DNA of 64,000 bases from Promethearchaeota archaeon (lineage in GTDB: Archaea > Asgardarchaeota > Lokiarchaeia > Sigyniarchaeales > SOKP01), in contig JBHLNF010000006.1 in NCBI GenBank assembly GCA_048937405.1, positions 96,001 through 160,000 of the forward strand, written 5' to 3'. Under the pieces are notes generated by a model. The model was not told the DNA's origin. It was given only the letters and a program-made list of their open reading frames with translations, and did not search any database. Of this stretch, positions 1-10,127 are shown in pieces (position 1 is the stretch's first letter; each line of letters opens with the position of its first letter). The position numbers and the translations under genes were made by a program.

Positions 1-672
1 CCATATAATTTTTTAAAAGAAAAGTATAATCGTCTCGCATTGCAGTCTTACGAGGAAATAAAAAAGGTTGTCGAAAAGTCAAAAGATCCTCTATATAAAG
101 CAATACTTGTTGCAGCACTTGCAAACACAATTGATTTTGCGAGTCAGCACGAGATAGATTTTATTTCTGATATAAAAAATCTCAAGAAAAAAGAATTTAT
201 TATAAACGATTTTAAGCAATTCAAAGAATCCCTTGATTCCACTAATCACTTGTTAATAATTGGAGATAATTGCGGAGAAATTGTATTTGATAAATTATTA
301 ATTGCTGTAATTCAAAGGCATTTTCCTAATCTAAAAATAACCTATTCTGTTAGAGGAGCACCAATTATAAATGATGTAACCATTGAAGATGCTAAATTTG
401 TAGGTATAACAGAACTGGTTCAAGTTATTGAATCCAGCGATAGTCCTGGAGTAGACATTAATACATCTCCCGAAGAATTTAAAAAGATATTTTTTAAAGA
501 AAAAGGAGTTATTTTATCAAAAGGACAAGGGAATTTTGAATGCATTCATGGAATGAATATTCCACAAAAAGACGTATATTATTTGTTACAAGCTAAATGT
601 AAATTAATGGAGAGAATTTTTGGAGTTAAGATAGGAGATTTAATTTTTAAGAAGAAGATTCAAGGATATTAA
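1..672 (+). CDS. ARMT1/DUF89 damage-control phosphatase (5'-truncated by window edge)
   Basis: Frame open from base 1 (PYNFLKEKYNRLAL...); motifs ANTIDF, GDNCGEIVFD, PIINDVT, SKGQGNFE. Confidence 0.85.
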   Translation, partial: PYNFLKEKYNRLALQSYEEIKKVVEKSKDPLYKAILVAALANTIDFASQHEIDFISDIKNLKKKEFIINDFKQFKESLDSTNHLLIIGDNCGEIVFDKLLIAVIQRHFPNLKITYSVRGAPIINDVTIEDAKFVGITELVQVIESSDSPGVDINTSPEEFKKIFFKEKGVILSKGQGNFECIHGMNIPQKDVYYLLQAKCKLMERIFGVKIGDLIFKKKIQGY

Positions 673-1151
673 TTGGTTGAGTTAGTTCTTAAATTTTTTA
701 TGGCTTCAGTAAAAAAGCCAAAATCTCCAATTTCTGATTCTTTTTCTGAGTTTTTAATCGTGCTGAAATATTGTTCAATTTGGGCAAATAGAATATTTTT
801 AAATTCTAAAAATTGACTAACTTCATTACAATTATCTTCAATTTCCCTATGATATAAAGAATAAAAAATATCTAATGCTTTTTCTGCTTCTTCTCTTATA
901 TGATACTTATTAAATTCTTTATCTAGAATAGCTACAAAAATCAAATTATACTTATAAACAATTACCATTTCTACATCAAGACCTTTTACCATGATTTCTT
1001 CGATCTGTCCTAAATTTTCTCCGAAAAGACCTAATGCCCCGACAAATGAAGATAAAAGTACAGGATTAATTTTTGTATCTAGAATGAGATCTAAAAGATA
1101 TTCTCCAGATTCCTTACATATAACAATACCTTTCAAAAGTTCAGAATTCAT
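669..1151 (-). CDS. Longin/roadblock-like domain protein (Asgard-type)
   Basis: Pattern GIVICKESGEYL...LLSSFVGALGLFGE...IEEIMVKG...LIFVAI typical of longin-like folds. Confidence 0.5.
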   Translation of the reverse strand: MNSELLKGIVICKESGEYLLDLILDTKINPVLLSSFVGALGLFGENLGQIEEIMVKGLDVEMVIVYKYNLIFVAILDKEFNKYHIREEAEKALDIFYSLYHREIEDNCNEVSQFLEFKNILFAQIEQYFSTIKNSEKESEIGDFGFFTEAIKNLRTNSTN

Positions 1152-1368
1152 AATAATAATCCCTATTATTAACTAAATATATTCTCCAAGTAACTTAAAA
1201 TCATATTGCTTAATAAAATCATTTAAATATTGATTTTAATAATAGGATATATTATCTGGAAAATAGCTATACCCTCTGAGCATCAAGTTTATGATGTTTT
1301 ACAAATTCGTGTTATTGACTCAGACAATATATAATTTGATTATTAAAAAAGAAAGATAAAATTTGTAT

Positions 1369-2220
1369 TTAATTTTCGAGTAATTGTCTAATTTTTTTGA
1401 CCGTATCTTTGAATGCTTTAGCGGATTTACTTTCAGGATATTTAATAATAAATGGTAATCCTTGATCTCCTTGTTGACTAACCTCTGTTTCAAAAGGTAT
1501 TTTACCTAAAAGAGACACATTAAAATCCGTACTTGCCTTTTCTGCTCCACCTGGAGGATATAAATCAATATATTTTCCACAATGTGGACAGTCAAAACCG
1601 GACATATTCTCAATGATCCCTAGAATTTTTCTTTGCATTACAAGAGCCATTTTTATTGTTTTTCTAGCATCCATTAAAGCAACCTCTTGAGGAGTTGTAA
1701 CGACTATAACATTTTCATCAGGAATAAGTTGTAAAATATCCAATGTTTCATCAGATGTGCCAGGAGGTAAATCGCAAATTAAATAATCAAGTTCTCCCCA
1801 TTCTGCATCTCCTAAAAATTGTCTTACAGCACTCATTTTCATTGGTCCTCGCCAAATAACAGGTTCATCTGGATTAAGTGTTAAAAATGCCATACTCATA
1901 ACTTTAAGTTTCAATGGTCCATCAATCGGATAAAATCGTTTAGCTTCAACATCAACTCGAGGTTTTAATTCTGAGCTAATCCCGAGCATTTTTATAACAT
2001 TAGGTCCGGTAATATCTACATCAAGAATTCCAATTCTCAATCCTACACTAGCTAAACTCATTGCAAGATTAATAGCTACAGTAGTTTTTCCTACCCCACC
2101 CTTTCCTGAAATTACTACTATTTTGTGTTTAATTTTATCCATGTTTGTTTTAATGTTTTTTTCCTGCTCATTTATCATCATTTCTTTTAAATCTATATCT
2201 GGAATCTCTTTTTCTGACAT
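1369..2220 (-). CDS. Mrp/NBP35 (ApbC) Fe-S cluster carrier ATPase, copy 1
   Basis: SGKGGVGKTT, DVDITGP, VIWRGP, DLPPGTSD, ENMSGFDCPHC. Confidence 0.93.
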   Translation of the reverse strand: MSEKEIPDIDLKEMMINEQEKNIKTNMDKIKHKIVVISGKGGVGKTTVAINLAMSLASVGLRIGILDVDITGPNVIKMLGISSELKPRVDVEAKRFYPIDGPLKLKVMSMAFLTLNPDEPVIWRGPMKMSAVRQFLGDAEWGELDYLICDLPPGTSDETLDILQLIPDENVIVVTTPQEVALMDARKTIKMALVMQRKILGIIENMSGFDCPHCGKYIDLYPPGGAEKASTDFNVSLLGKIPFETEVSQQGDQGLPFIIKYPESKSAKAFKDTVKKIRQLLEN

Positions 2221-2462
2221 AATTTATTATCTCTTCACTTTTTTTGATATATTCTTTATATTATTTTTCAATAATTTAAGGAAAAAACAAATTGCTTTAA
2301 CTTTATGTGTAATATTTTATGAAATTTTTAATATTTTTAGTTAAATCGTGTAATTCCTGTGATGAATATCTTATTTAAAATAAACTAAAGAAATTAATAA
2401 ATTTCAAAATATTATTCTTTACTGGAAAAAGTGGTAAAATTAAATCAATAAGGTGTTTTTGA

Positions 2463-2948
2463 ATTCCTGTAAGTAACTTTATGGAACTTTACAAATTTTT
2501 ACCCAAGACTAATTGCAAAAAGTGTGGAAAGCCTACTTGTATGGCTTTTGCATTAGATTTATTGCAAGGAAAAATGAAAGTTGATGATTGTACTCCACTC
2601 CTTGAACCTAAATATAAAAAAAGCTATGATTCATTAAAGGAATTATTAGGAACTGAAGAAGGTAAGGAAAAAGAGCTTAAAATTGATGTGGATAATGAAC
2701 TATGTGATGGGTGCGGTATTTGTGTTACAATATGTCCTGTAAATGCTAGATATTGTCCTCCAACTTTAAGTGGAAAGGTACCTGATTATCCACCTGAAAA
2801 ACATCAATTATTTCAAGTTAAAAACGGAAAGTGTGAATTATTAGCTATAGAACATTGTCGTCGAATAGAAGCAGAAGGAAGGGAAAGAGAATGCCGGGTT
2901 TGTGAAACTTATTGTCCACGAGAAGCAATTAAGATTGATTATGTTTAA
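2463..2948 (+). CDS. fwdG: Formylmethanofuran dehydrogenase subunit G-like (Fe-S domain + 2x[4Fe-4S]); start ATT 2463 or ATG 2481
   Basis: LPKTNCKKCGKPTCMAFA N-domain, CDGCGICVTICP, CRVCETYCP; first gene of fwdB/D/A cluster; AGGTG at 2451-2455 fits an ATT start. Confidence 0.7.
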   Translation: MPVSNFMELYKFLPKTNCKKCGKPTCMAFALDLLQGKMKVDDCTPLLEPKYKKSYDSLKELLGTEEGKEKELKIDVDNELCDGCGICVTICPVNARYCPPTLSGKVPDYPPEKHQLFQVKNGKCELLAIEHCRRIEAEGRERECRVCETYCPREAIKIDYV

Positions 2949-2982
2949 TTTACGAATTATAATGATTTTTACTATTAATTGA

Positions 2983-4299
2983 GTGAAATTAAAAATGGTA
3001 ATTAAACGTACTACCTGTTCAGGATGCTCTCTTTTATGTGATGATATCATTATCAGAACAGATGGTTTATTTATAGATGAAGTTATTGGAGCTTGTTTGA
3101 AAGGAAAAGAAAGATTTGAGCAAGCAACTGCTAAGAATAGAATCTTGAGCCCTTATATAAAAAGAAAGAAAGAATTAGTCCCAGTAACTTTAGAAGAAGT
3201 TTTTGAAAAAATATCTGATATTATTAAGAACTCTAATAAACCTCTCTTATATGGTTTTTCAACGACAAGTTGCGAAGCTCAATTAAAAGGAATAGAATTA
3301 GCATGTCTTATTAATGGATTTATCGATTCTAATTCAACAATTTGTCAGGGAAAAGTTTTAAATACTTCAAAACAAACAGGTCTTACTTTATCTACGATAG
3401 GAGAAGCAATAAATAAAGCAGATCTGTTAATCCTATGGGGTGCAAATGCTGCTGAATCAATTCCTCGCTTATTGAATAAAGTTCTTTTTTCGCGTGGTAA
3501 ATTTAGAATGACAGGACGAGAAATTAAAACACTAATTATCATTGATCCTGTTAAAACTGCTTCTTTTAATGTTATGGGGGTTCGTGATGTAGCACTTCAA
3601 ATTGAACCCGCTAAAGATATCGAATTAATACGTGTTTTAAAAGAGGAATGTTGTAAAGTTGATACCATTCCAGAAAGCGGTGTCGCTGGTATAGATAAAG
3701 ATGACCTCAAGAGATTATTACTACACTTAACAGGTACAGAGAATGGGATTATCTTTATTGGACAAGGTCTTTTAAAAAATCAAAATGGTGTTAATGTAAT
3801 AAAAGAACTACTTGAATTAATACAATTAATTAATGTTAAACAAGAGAAGGGTAGAATCTCTGTAATCACATTAGGAGGTCATTATAATATGCTAGGATTT
3901 GATCATGTTGCTTTATCAAACTATGGAGTAAATCATAACTTACAATTTTCAAATCAACAGTTGATGGAAAGTTCAGATACAATTATTTCAAAAATAGAAA
4001 AAGATGACTTTGATTGTTCAATAATAGTGGGTACAGATCCCATCTCGCATTTTCCCAAGCAACTAAGTAAAAAATTAGTGTCAAAACCAATAATTCTTAT
4101 AGATAATAAAAAAACTGGAACATTCTACGTAGCTGATGTAATAATTCCTTCAGCTATAACTGGAGTTGAATCCAATGGATTAGCTTATCGTATAGATCAT
4201 GTTCCTCTTAATCTAGAGAAAGTTATAAATCCTCCACAAAATATTATTTCAGATGAGGAAATAATTAAAAAAGTAATTGAAAATCTAAAGCAGGGATGA
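2983..4299 (+). CDS. fwdB: Formylmethanofuran dehydrogenase subunit B-like (divergent)
   Basis: CSGCSLLCDD...ACLKG, ADLLILWGAN, GHYNMLGF, GVESNGLAYRIDHVP. Confidence 0.8.
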   Translation: MKLKMVIKRTTCSGCSLLCDDIIIRTDGLFIDEVIGACLKGKERFEQATAKNRILSPYIKRKKELVPVTLEEVFEKISDIIKNSNKPLLYGFSTTSCEAQLKGIELACLINGFIDSNSTICQGKVLNTSKQTGLTLSTIGEAINKADLLILWGANAAESIPRLLNKVLFSRGKFRMTGREIKTLIIIDPVKTASFNVMGVRDVALQIEPAKDIELIRVLKEECCKVDTIPESGVAGIDKDDLKRLLLHLTGTENGIIFIGQGLLKNQNGVNVIKELLELIQLINVKQEKGRISVITLGGHYNMLGFDHVALSNYGVNHNLQFSNQQLMESSDTIISKIEKDDFDCSIIVGTDPISHFPKQLSKKLVSKPIILIDNKKTGTFYVADVIIPSAITGVESNGLAYRIDHVPLNLEKVINPPQNIISDEEIIKKVIENLKQG

Positions 4300-4303
4300 T
4301 TTT

Positions 4304-4678
4304 ATGGAAATGTTAGTGAATACAATAAGAATGATAGACTATGATCAAGCAAAAGAGTATTCTGAAGGTGATAATAATAGTATCAAGGATAAATTAGCTA
4401 TTGGATTTCTTAATCCAGAAAACTATAAAAATCTAAATATTACTTCAAAATCAAATTTAAAAATAACTAGCAGATTTGGAAATGTTATTATAAAAGCACA
4501 ACAGGATGAAACCGTACCAATAGGGATTATTAATATGCCTATATCTATTTGGGCTAATCAAATTACTGGTATCGAGAATGATGAGTTAATTTATAAAAAT
4601 CTTAAAGTAAATGTTGAAATTTCACAAGATCCAATTTTAGGTCTCCAAGACTTATTAAATTCAATTAAAGAGAAATGA
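4304..4678 (+). CDS. fwdD: Formylmethanofuran dehydrogenase subunit D-like
   Basis: Molybdopterin-binding double-psi barrel pattern (LNPENYKNL...SRFGNV...GIINMPISIWAN); context. Confidence 0.75.
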   Translation: MEMLVNTIRMIDYDQAKEYSEGDNNSIKDKLAIGFLNPENYKNLNITSKSNLKITSRFGNVIIKAQQDETVPIGIINMPISIWANQITGIENDELIYKNLKVNVEISQDPILGLQDLLNSIKEK

Positions 4679-4696
4679 ATAATAGGTAATTTAAAA

Positions 4697-6382
4697 ATGA
4701 GTAGATTAATTATTAGTAATGGTTTGGTATTCGATCCTATCAACAAAATCAATGGAGAAATTAAGGATATTTTAATAGAATCTGGAAAAATCGTAGAAAA
4801 GTTTAGCAACGAATCAATTGTCAAAGAAATCAAGGCAAAAGGAAAAACGGTAATACCTGCAGCCATCGATATTCACACACATGTAGCATCTCAGCAAGTT
4901 AACTGGGCGAGGTTATTAGGTGCGAATAATAATAAATTTAAAGAGACTTGGGAGAGATTATCATTAATAAATATTACCAAAAATTATATTTCTAATGGAT
5001 ATACTTTTATCCTTGAAGCCAACGCTTTTCCATCTTTAGCAAAACAAACAATCTTTAATTTTAAACAAATTCCTGTTCTCGATAAAGCTATGCTCTTGAA
5101 TATTAGTAATCTTTGGTCGTTAGAATTAGAATTTCAGAGAGGAAAAATTGATGAGATGGCAGTTTTTATTTCTGATCTATTATTGAAGACTTATGGATTT
5201 GGAGTTAAAATTTATAATCCATTTGAAAACGAAAATTGGAATTTTAAAGAATTAAGAGAAGATATCTCAAAAACAGGTAGATTATATAATTTCTCTGCAA
5301 TAGATGTATATGAAAATACTGTAAAGTGTGTAGAAAAACTCGGATTACCACACTCGACTCACGCACATATAGAAGGATATGAAAATGAAATTGGAAAGAG
5401 AAATCTTTTTACCATCTTAGATAAGGTAAAATCATTGAATATTAATGCTAAAAAGAAGATTGATTCAATTTTTAATAGAACTCAAATTTTTCATATCGCT
5501 CATGCAAATTCTTATAATTATGATGGAAATAATCAAGATTTAATTAAATTTTTAAATGAAAATCAAAATTTTGATATTGATGTTTCTTTTATAGGATTTG
5601 ACAAAATAAATCCAGTAATTACATCAGATAGAAGATTAATTAATTGGATTTTAACAGAAGATATTAATGATAATCCTAATAAATTAATAAGTTCTGCAGT
5701 AGAATTTGAAGGGGATTCGTTTGTTTTCTTTAGAAATTTTGAAAAAAGTGATCTTCGTGATTGCAATTTATGGGCTAATGCACTTGATTTAGCTTTAAAT
5801 GTTAATCATAAATTTCAAATCAGTCTTTCTTTGAATTTTCCAAATTATGCAAATATTTCAGATATTCCTGAAATTGCTACATGGTTATTAAGTAAAGATG
5901 CTCGTGAAAATTTCATGAAAGACATGAATAATGATTTCTTGAAAAATAATCCTTTAACTACAAGCGATAAAGAATTAAATTTTTCAGAATTTATATGTAT
6001 AACGAGAGCAAGTCCTGCAAAATCCTTAGGATTAGCAAATATTAAGGGAAATCTTGGTTTAAGTGCTGATGCTGATTTAAATATTATAGATATAAATATA
6101 AATGAGATAGACATCTCTCAGAACTATGAAGCCATTAAAAAAGCTTTGAAAAATATTGACTATGTCATAAAGGCAGGTAAAATTGTTAAAAAGCAAAATA
6201 GTATTGATTTAAGTCATAAGGGTTCTATATTTTGGTCAAATGGAAAGTTTGAAGTAAAGGAAAAGGATTTTACTATGACCAAAAAAAAGGATTTTTACCA
6301 AAAGTATTGCTCTGTTTTTTACGATTCTTTTAAAGATTCAGTTGATAAGGAGCTTATAAGGAGAGTTGATTCTAACCTTTAA
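4697..6382 (+). CDS. fwdA: Formylmethanofuran dehydrogenase subunit A-like amidohydrolase (divergent)
   Basis: NGLVFDPINKING, DIHTH, GVKIYNP, LPHSTHAH, ITRASPAKSLG, GNLGLSADAD. Confidence 0.8.
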   Translation: MSRLIISNGLVFDPINKINGEIKDILIESGKIVEKFSNESIVKEIKAKGKTVIPAAIDIHTHVASQQVNWARLLGANNNKFKETWERLSLINITKNYISNGYTFILEANAFPSLAKQTIFNFKQIPVLDKAMLLNISNLWSLELEFQRGKIDEMAVFISDLLLKTYGFGVKIYNPFENENWNFKELREDISKTGRLYNFSAIDVYENTVKCVEKLGLPHSTHAHIEGYENEIGKRNLFTILDKVKSLNINAKKKIDSIFNRTQIFHIAHANSYNYDGNNQDLIKFLNENQNFDIDVSFIGFDKINPVITSDRRLINWILTEDINDNPNKLISSAVEFEGDSFVFFRNFEKSDLRDCNLWANALDLALNVNHKFQISLSLNFPNYANISDIPEIATWLLSKDARENFMKDMNNDFLKNNPLTTSDKELNFSEFICITRASPAKSLGLANIKGNLGLSADADLNIIDININEIDISQNYEAIKKALKNIDYVIKAGKIVKKQNSIDLSHKGSIFWSNGKFEVKEKDFTMTKKKDFYQKYCSVFYDSFKDSVDKELIRRVDSNL

Positions 6383-6421
6383 GTTTATCAGAAATTGCAG
6401 AAAAACAATTAGGGGCATAAA

Positions 6422-7930
6422 TTATTTCGCTATTTCTGGAATGAGGATAATAAAATTGCTCCCCTTCGTATAGTCTCCTTTGACTCTGTCTTCAACCTTG
6501 ATTTCGCCACTATAATTGTCTAATATCTTTTTTACAAGTGTTAATCCAATTCCCATACCTTTTGACCCCTTATCTTTATTAAATCTTTCTATAAAAATAA
6601 TATCTTTATTTTGATTTGTTATCCCTATTCCATTATCCATAAACTCAAACTTTAAAAAATTCTTGTTTAGGTTATTTTCTCTTGAAATCCGAACAAGAAT
6701 TTCAATTGTTTGGTTTTCATTGTATTTAACAGCATTTATTAAAATATTCTCAAAAACATCCAATAATAATTCATTTGCGTTAATGTATAGCTCCTTGTCG
6801 AAAGAATCAACAAAAATATTAACTTTCTTAGTATGAATGCTATTATGAATATATTTTATAGCTTCCTTTAATATTTCAAATGCATTTACTGATTTCAGAG
6901 AGGTTTTATAACCTTCTAATTCAGATAGATTTTTAACATTAGATATTAATCTCTTTCCTCTTGCAAATTGATCTCTAATAACATTATAAAATTGTTTAAC
7001 ATTTTCTTCTTTAGATGACTTATTTAGGTATTCTTCACTAAGATCAATTGCAATACTAATATTAGAAAGAAGATTATTAATATCATGATAAAATAAATCC
7101 TTGTAAAGTTCCGCTCTATTATATGCTTCTCTATATTTCTGTTCAGATTCTTTTATTTTCTCTTCTGCTTCTTTTCTCTTAGTAATATCTCGAGTAAAAC
7201 CGTAAAAACCAATTTTTTCTCCATCATTGTTATATCTTAAGTAAAAGTATCCTTCGAAGATACGATTTTCTCCGTCTCCTCTTATTATTCTACTCTGAAA
7301 TGTACCTTTCTGAAGATTATTTTTGTAAACATCATTAAATGATTTAAATACTTCCTTTTGTGAACTTTTTTCTAAGAATAAAGTATAATTTTTCCCTATT
7401 ATTTCATCTTTAGAGACGTTTAAGTATTCAGAAATATAATCATTAACATAAGTATAGTTTCCATGTAGATCTATTTCAAAGTAACCATCCTTAATATTCT
7501 CAATAATTTCCCTATACCTTTCATCGGATTTCTTTAATTTCTGTTCCTTATTTAATTCATTTGATATATCTCTAAGTGTACTTATGATTCTAGTTTGATT
7601 TTCATACTCTACTCTATGCCCCCGTGCAAAAACTGGTATAAAAAAACCTTCTTTATGTTGAATTCTAAACAGTATTGAGATAATTTCTCCTGTCTTTATT
7701 CCTTCTGTAATTGCTTTAATTACTTCTTGTCTATCATCAGGATGAACAAATTCCATGGAATTTCTTCCCACTACTTCATCAGGATGATATCCTGCTAAAT
7801 TAAAAATTTGTGGATTAATATATTTAATACCAAAATCTAAACTTAATTCTACTACTACGTCTAAAATATTATTAATAAGATTGAAATAATTTATTCCAGA
7901 TTTCTCAACATCATTTTTTGAAGGATCCAT
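6422..7930 (-). CDS. PAS-PAS sensor histidine kinase
   Basis: Two PAS domains (FVHPDD; RDITKRKEAE), H-box FYHDINN, NAVKY, DNGIGI, GMGIGL. Confidence 0.9.
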   Translation of the reverse strand: MDPSKNDVEKSGINYFNLINNILDVVVELSLDFGIKYINPQIFNLAGYHPDEVVGRNSMEFVHPDDRQEVIKAITEGIKTGEIISILFRIQHKEGFFIPVFARGHRVEYENQTRIISTLRDISNELNKEQKLKKSDERYREIIENIKDGYFEIDLHGNYTYVNDYISEYLNVSKDEIIGKNYTLFLEKSSQKEVFKSFNDVYKNNLQKGTFQSRIIRGDGENRIFEGYFYLRYNNDGEKIGFYGFTRDITKRKEAEEKIKESEQKYREAYNRAELYKDLFYHDINNLLSNISIAIDLSEEYLNKSSKEENVKQFYNVIRDQFARGKRLISNVKNLSELEGYKTSLKSVNAFEILKEAIKYIHNSIHTKKVNIFVDSFDKELYINANELLLDVFENILINAVKYNENQTIEILVRISRENNLNKNFLKFEFMDNGIGITNQNKDIIFIERFNKDKGSKGMGIGLTLVKKILDNYSGEIKVEDRVKGDYTKGSNFIILIPEIAK

Positions 7931-8142
7931 AACTTATAATTATTTTAATATGCTTTTAAATTAAAAAAATAAACTTTAGAAATCAAGAGTCTCTCTTAAA
8001 TACTGATCCAAGTTCATACAAATTTACATTTATAGTCTATATGATCTCAAATTATATTAATAAAAAGGAACATCAAAAATATAATTCATTTTTTTTAATT
8101 CTAATTTTGTTTCAATAGATAGTACAAGTGAAAAAAGTGAGT

Positions 8143-9195
8143 TCAATTTATTACTAAAGATTTATTTTTAATACTATTATATATACTTTTATTTAAATAA
8201 AGGTATTCTGTGTTATTTACTCGTTTTTTAATCAATAGATTAAGTTTATCAATTTCATTTAGATATTTAGTCACTGTATTATAATGCATATGTAATGATT
8301 TTGCAATTTGACTTTTATTATAACCTTGTTTATTTTTCCTTAAAAATCTAATGATGCTTAGACCTTTTTCTTTTGAAATAATTTGGAAAAGTTTATCATT
8401 TTCTTTACTAAGAGAGGATTCAAAATATGATACGTTTTTGTTTATTTTTTGCTTTCTTATTAAATCAAACTTCAATAATATTGATAAATGCCACTTTATA
8501 ACAAACGGGCTTAATTTCAACTTTTTCGATAATTTATTAGCATAGATTCCTGGATTTTTTTTTATATAACTATAGACAAGTTCTCTATTTGTATTTGACA
8601 GTACTGTTTTTCTGGTTAATTTTGATCCTTCAAGGATTAAATTCTTCTTTAAAAGCAAGTCAATAGTGGTATTTATACCATTATTATTTAGATTGCCATT
8701 TATCTTAAATCTTGAATTAATATATGAAATCACTTTTTCCTTAGTAAATACTTTATTCTGATTTACAAATTCTTGAACTAAATTAAAAACCTTCATTTCC
8801 TCCTTTGTCACCTCTATACCCTCGATTTCCAGTGTTATATTATCTGTTGAGTTTCTATTTTTTGAAAGCTTTTTAAAGATTGATAAAAACTCAAATAATC
8901 CGTATGTCGCATTAAAACAAAAGACAATAAAGAGAATTTCTTGTTTTTGTAATAATCTTTCAATTAAATTACCAATAAAATCTGTTTGAGGCTTATCAAA
9001 CGAGACTGAATAGAATTCTTCGCTTGAAGTACCTATAAGAAATAGATTATTTAATTTATAATCGTTTGCAAGATAATCTTCATCTTTAATTTCTGTATTT
9101 TTTATTCTAGCAAAAAGAAAATAGATTATTGTGGAAAATAATAATATATTTAATAACAATAAAAATTCAAGCCTTAATTTCAGGTTTTTTTTCAT
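8143..9195 (-). CDS. Membrane-anchored double winged-HTH transcriptional regulator
   Basis: N-terminal hydrophobic helices; RELVYSYIKKNPG...WHLSIL and second HTH SQIAKSLHMHYNTVTKYL. Confidence 0.7.
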   Translation of the reverse strand: MKKNLKLRLEFLLLLNILLFSTIIYFLFARIKNTEIKDEDYLANDYKLNNLFLIGTSSEEFYSVSFDKPQTDFIGNLIERLLQKQEILFIVFCFNATYGLFEFLSIFKKLSKNRNSTDNITLEIEGIEVTKEEMKVFNLVQEFVNQNKVFTKEKVISYINSRFKINGNLNNNGINTTIDLLLKKNLILEGSKLTRKTVLSNTNRELVYSYIKKNPGIYANKLSKKLKLSPFVIKWHLSILLKFDLIRKQKINKNVSYFESSLSKENDKLFQIISKEKGLSIIRFLRKNKQGYNKSQIAKSLHMHYNTVTKYLNEIDKLNLLIKKRVNNTEYLYLNKSIYNSIKNKSLVIN

Positions 9196-9533
9196 ATTCT
9201 TAAAAATTTTAATCTTTTAAATCAAATTGGATTCTTTGTATTATTTAGTTATTCAAATTAATAAATATAATCTATATTTTATTTTTTTACAAAACACCAG
9301 ATATACCTTTTCATAATTTATCCTAACTGATGAAAAATTAGCATTTTTCAATATATAAATCCATCAATCTAAAAAGTGAACACTATACTAATTGTAAAAA
9401 TTAGGTTGAAATAATTAGAATTTTCTAGTATTAGCAATTTTCTTTAATACTCTATAGTATTATTTCATTTTTTGTATTGATTTATTTAAATAACGTAGGA
9501 TCTAGTAGATAATTATAAATATTGTAGATTTTA

Positions 9534-10097
9534 ATGAACAATTCAAATCCTAAGGTTAAATTTATTACGCAAAAACTAGCTAAAATTAAAAATCAAACTA
9601 GTAAAAATGAATTTAGTGGCTCAGAAACTATTTATGAAAAAATTAGAAAGAAGACACCATGGATTTTTGGAAAAAGAATTAGAAAACCAAAAATAATCTT
9701 TCCTAAAATCAAACGTCCTAGGATGTCTTTGCCTTTACCACCTAAATCGTTTATTATTATTGGCATTTTTACTATTTTGTTTATCCTTCAAACAGGAATA
9801 ATATATTTGATAATCAGAAATTCTCCTTCTATTATTCAAGATGAATATGGTAATCCCATCTTCATAATCCCTAAAAATGTTAATGAAGCTTTAATTATTG
9901 AAAGTATAGTTGCATCAATTCTAATGATATTGTTTTCTATGGGATTTGTTTTAATATTTCAAGCATCTAAATATGTTTATAATAAAAAATTTGCTGATTG
10001 GATTTTAGTTATTGGAATTCTATTGATAATCATAGCATTTGGAATACTTCAATTAATGCTTAATGTAAAAGCTCCTGAATTATTTAAATCAGAATAA
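9534..10097 (+). CDS. Oligosaccharyltransferase OST3/OST6 (OSTC/DC2-like) subunit
   Basis: Three TM helices with GIIYLIIRNSPSI...VNEALIIESIVAS, resembling OSTC GIIYDVIVEPPSV...VNGQYIMEGLAS. Confidence 0.65.
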   Translation: MNNSNPKVKFITQKLAKIKNQTSKNEFSGSETIYEKIRKKTPWIFGKRIRKPKIIFPKIKRPRMSLPLPPKSFIIIGIFTILFILQTGIIYLIIRNSPSIIQDEYGNPIFIIPKNVNEALIIESIVASILMILFSMGFVLIFQASKYVYNKKFADWILVIGILLIIIAFGILQLMLNVKAPELFKSE

Positions 10098-10127
10098 TTA
10101 TCTTGTAATAATTATAATATGTTACCT

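Noticed and set aside
4297-4678. Genome-wide TGA reassignment (alternative genetic code)
   Set aside because: TGA ends fwdB (4297-4299) and fwdD (4676-4678) at the expected lengths, and Trp is encoded by TGG elsewhere
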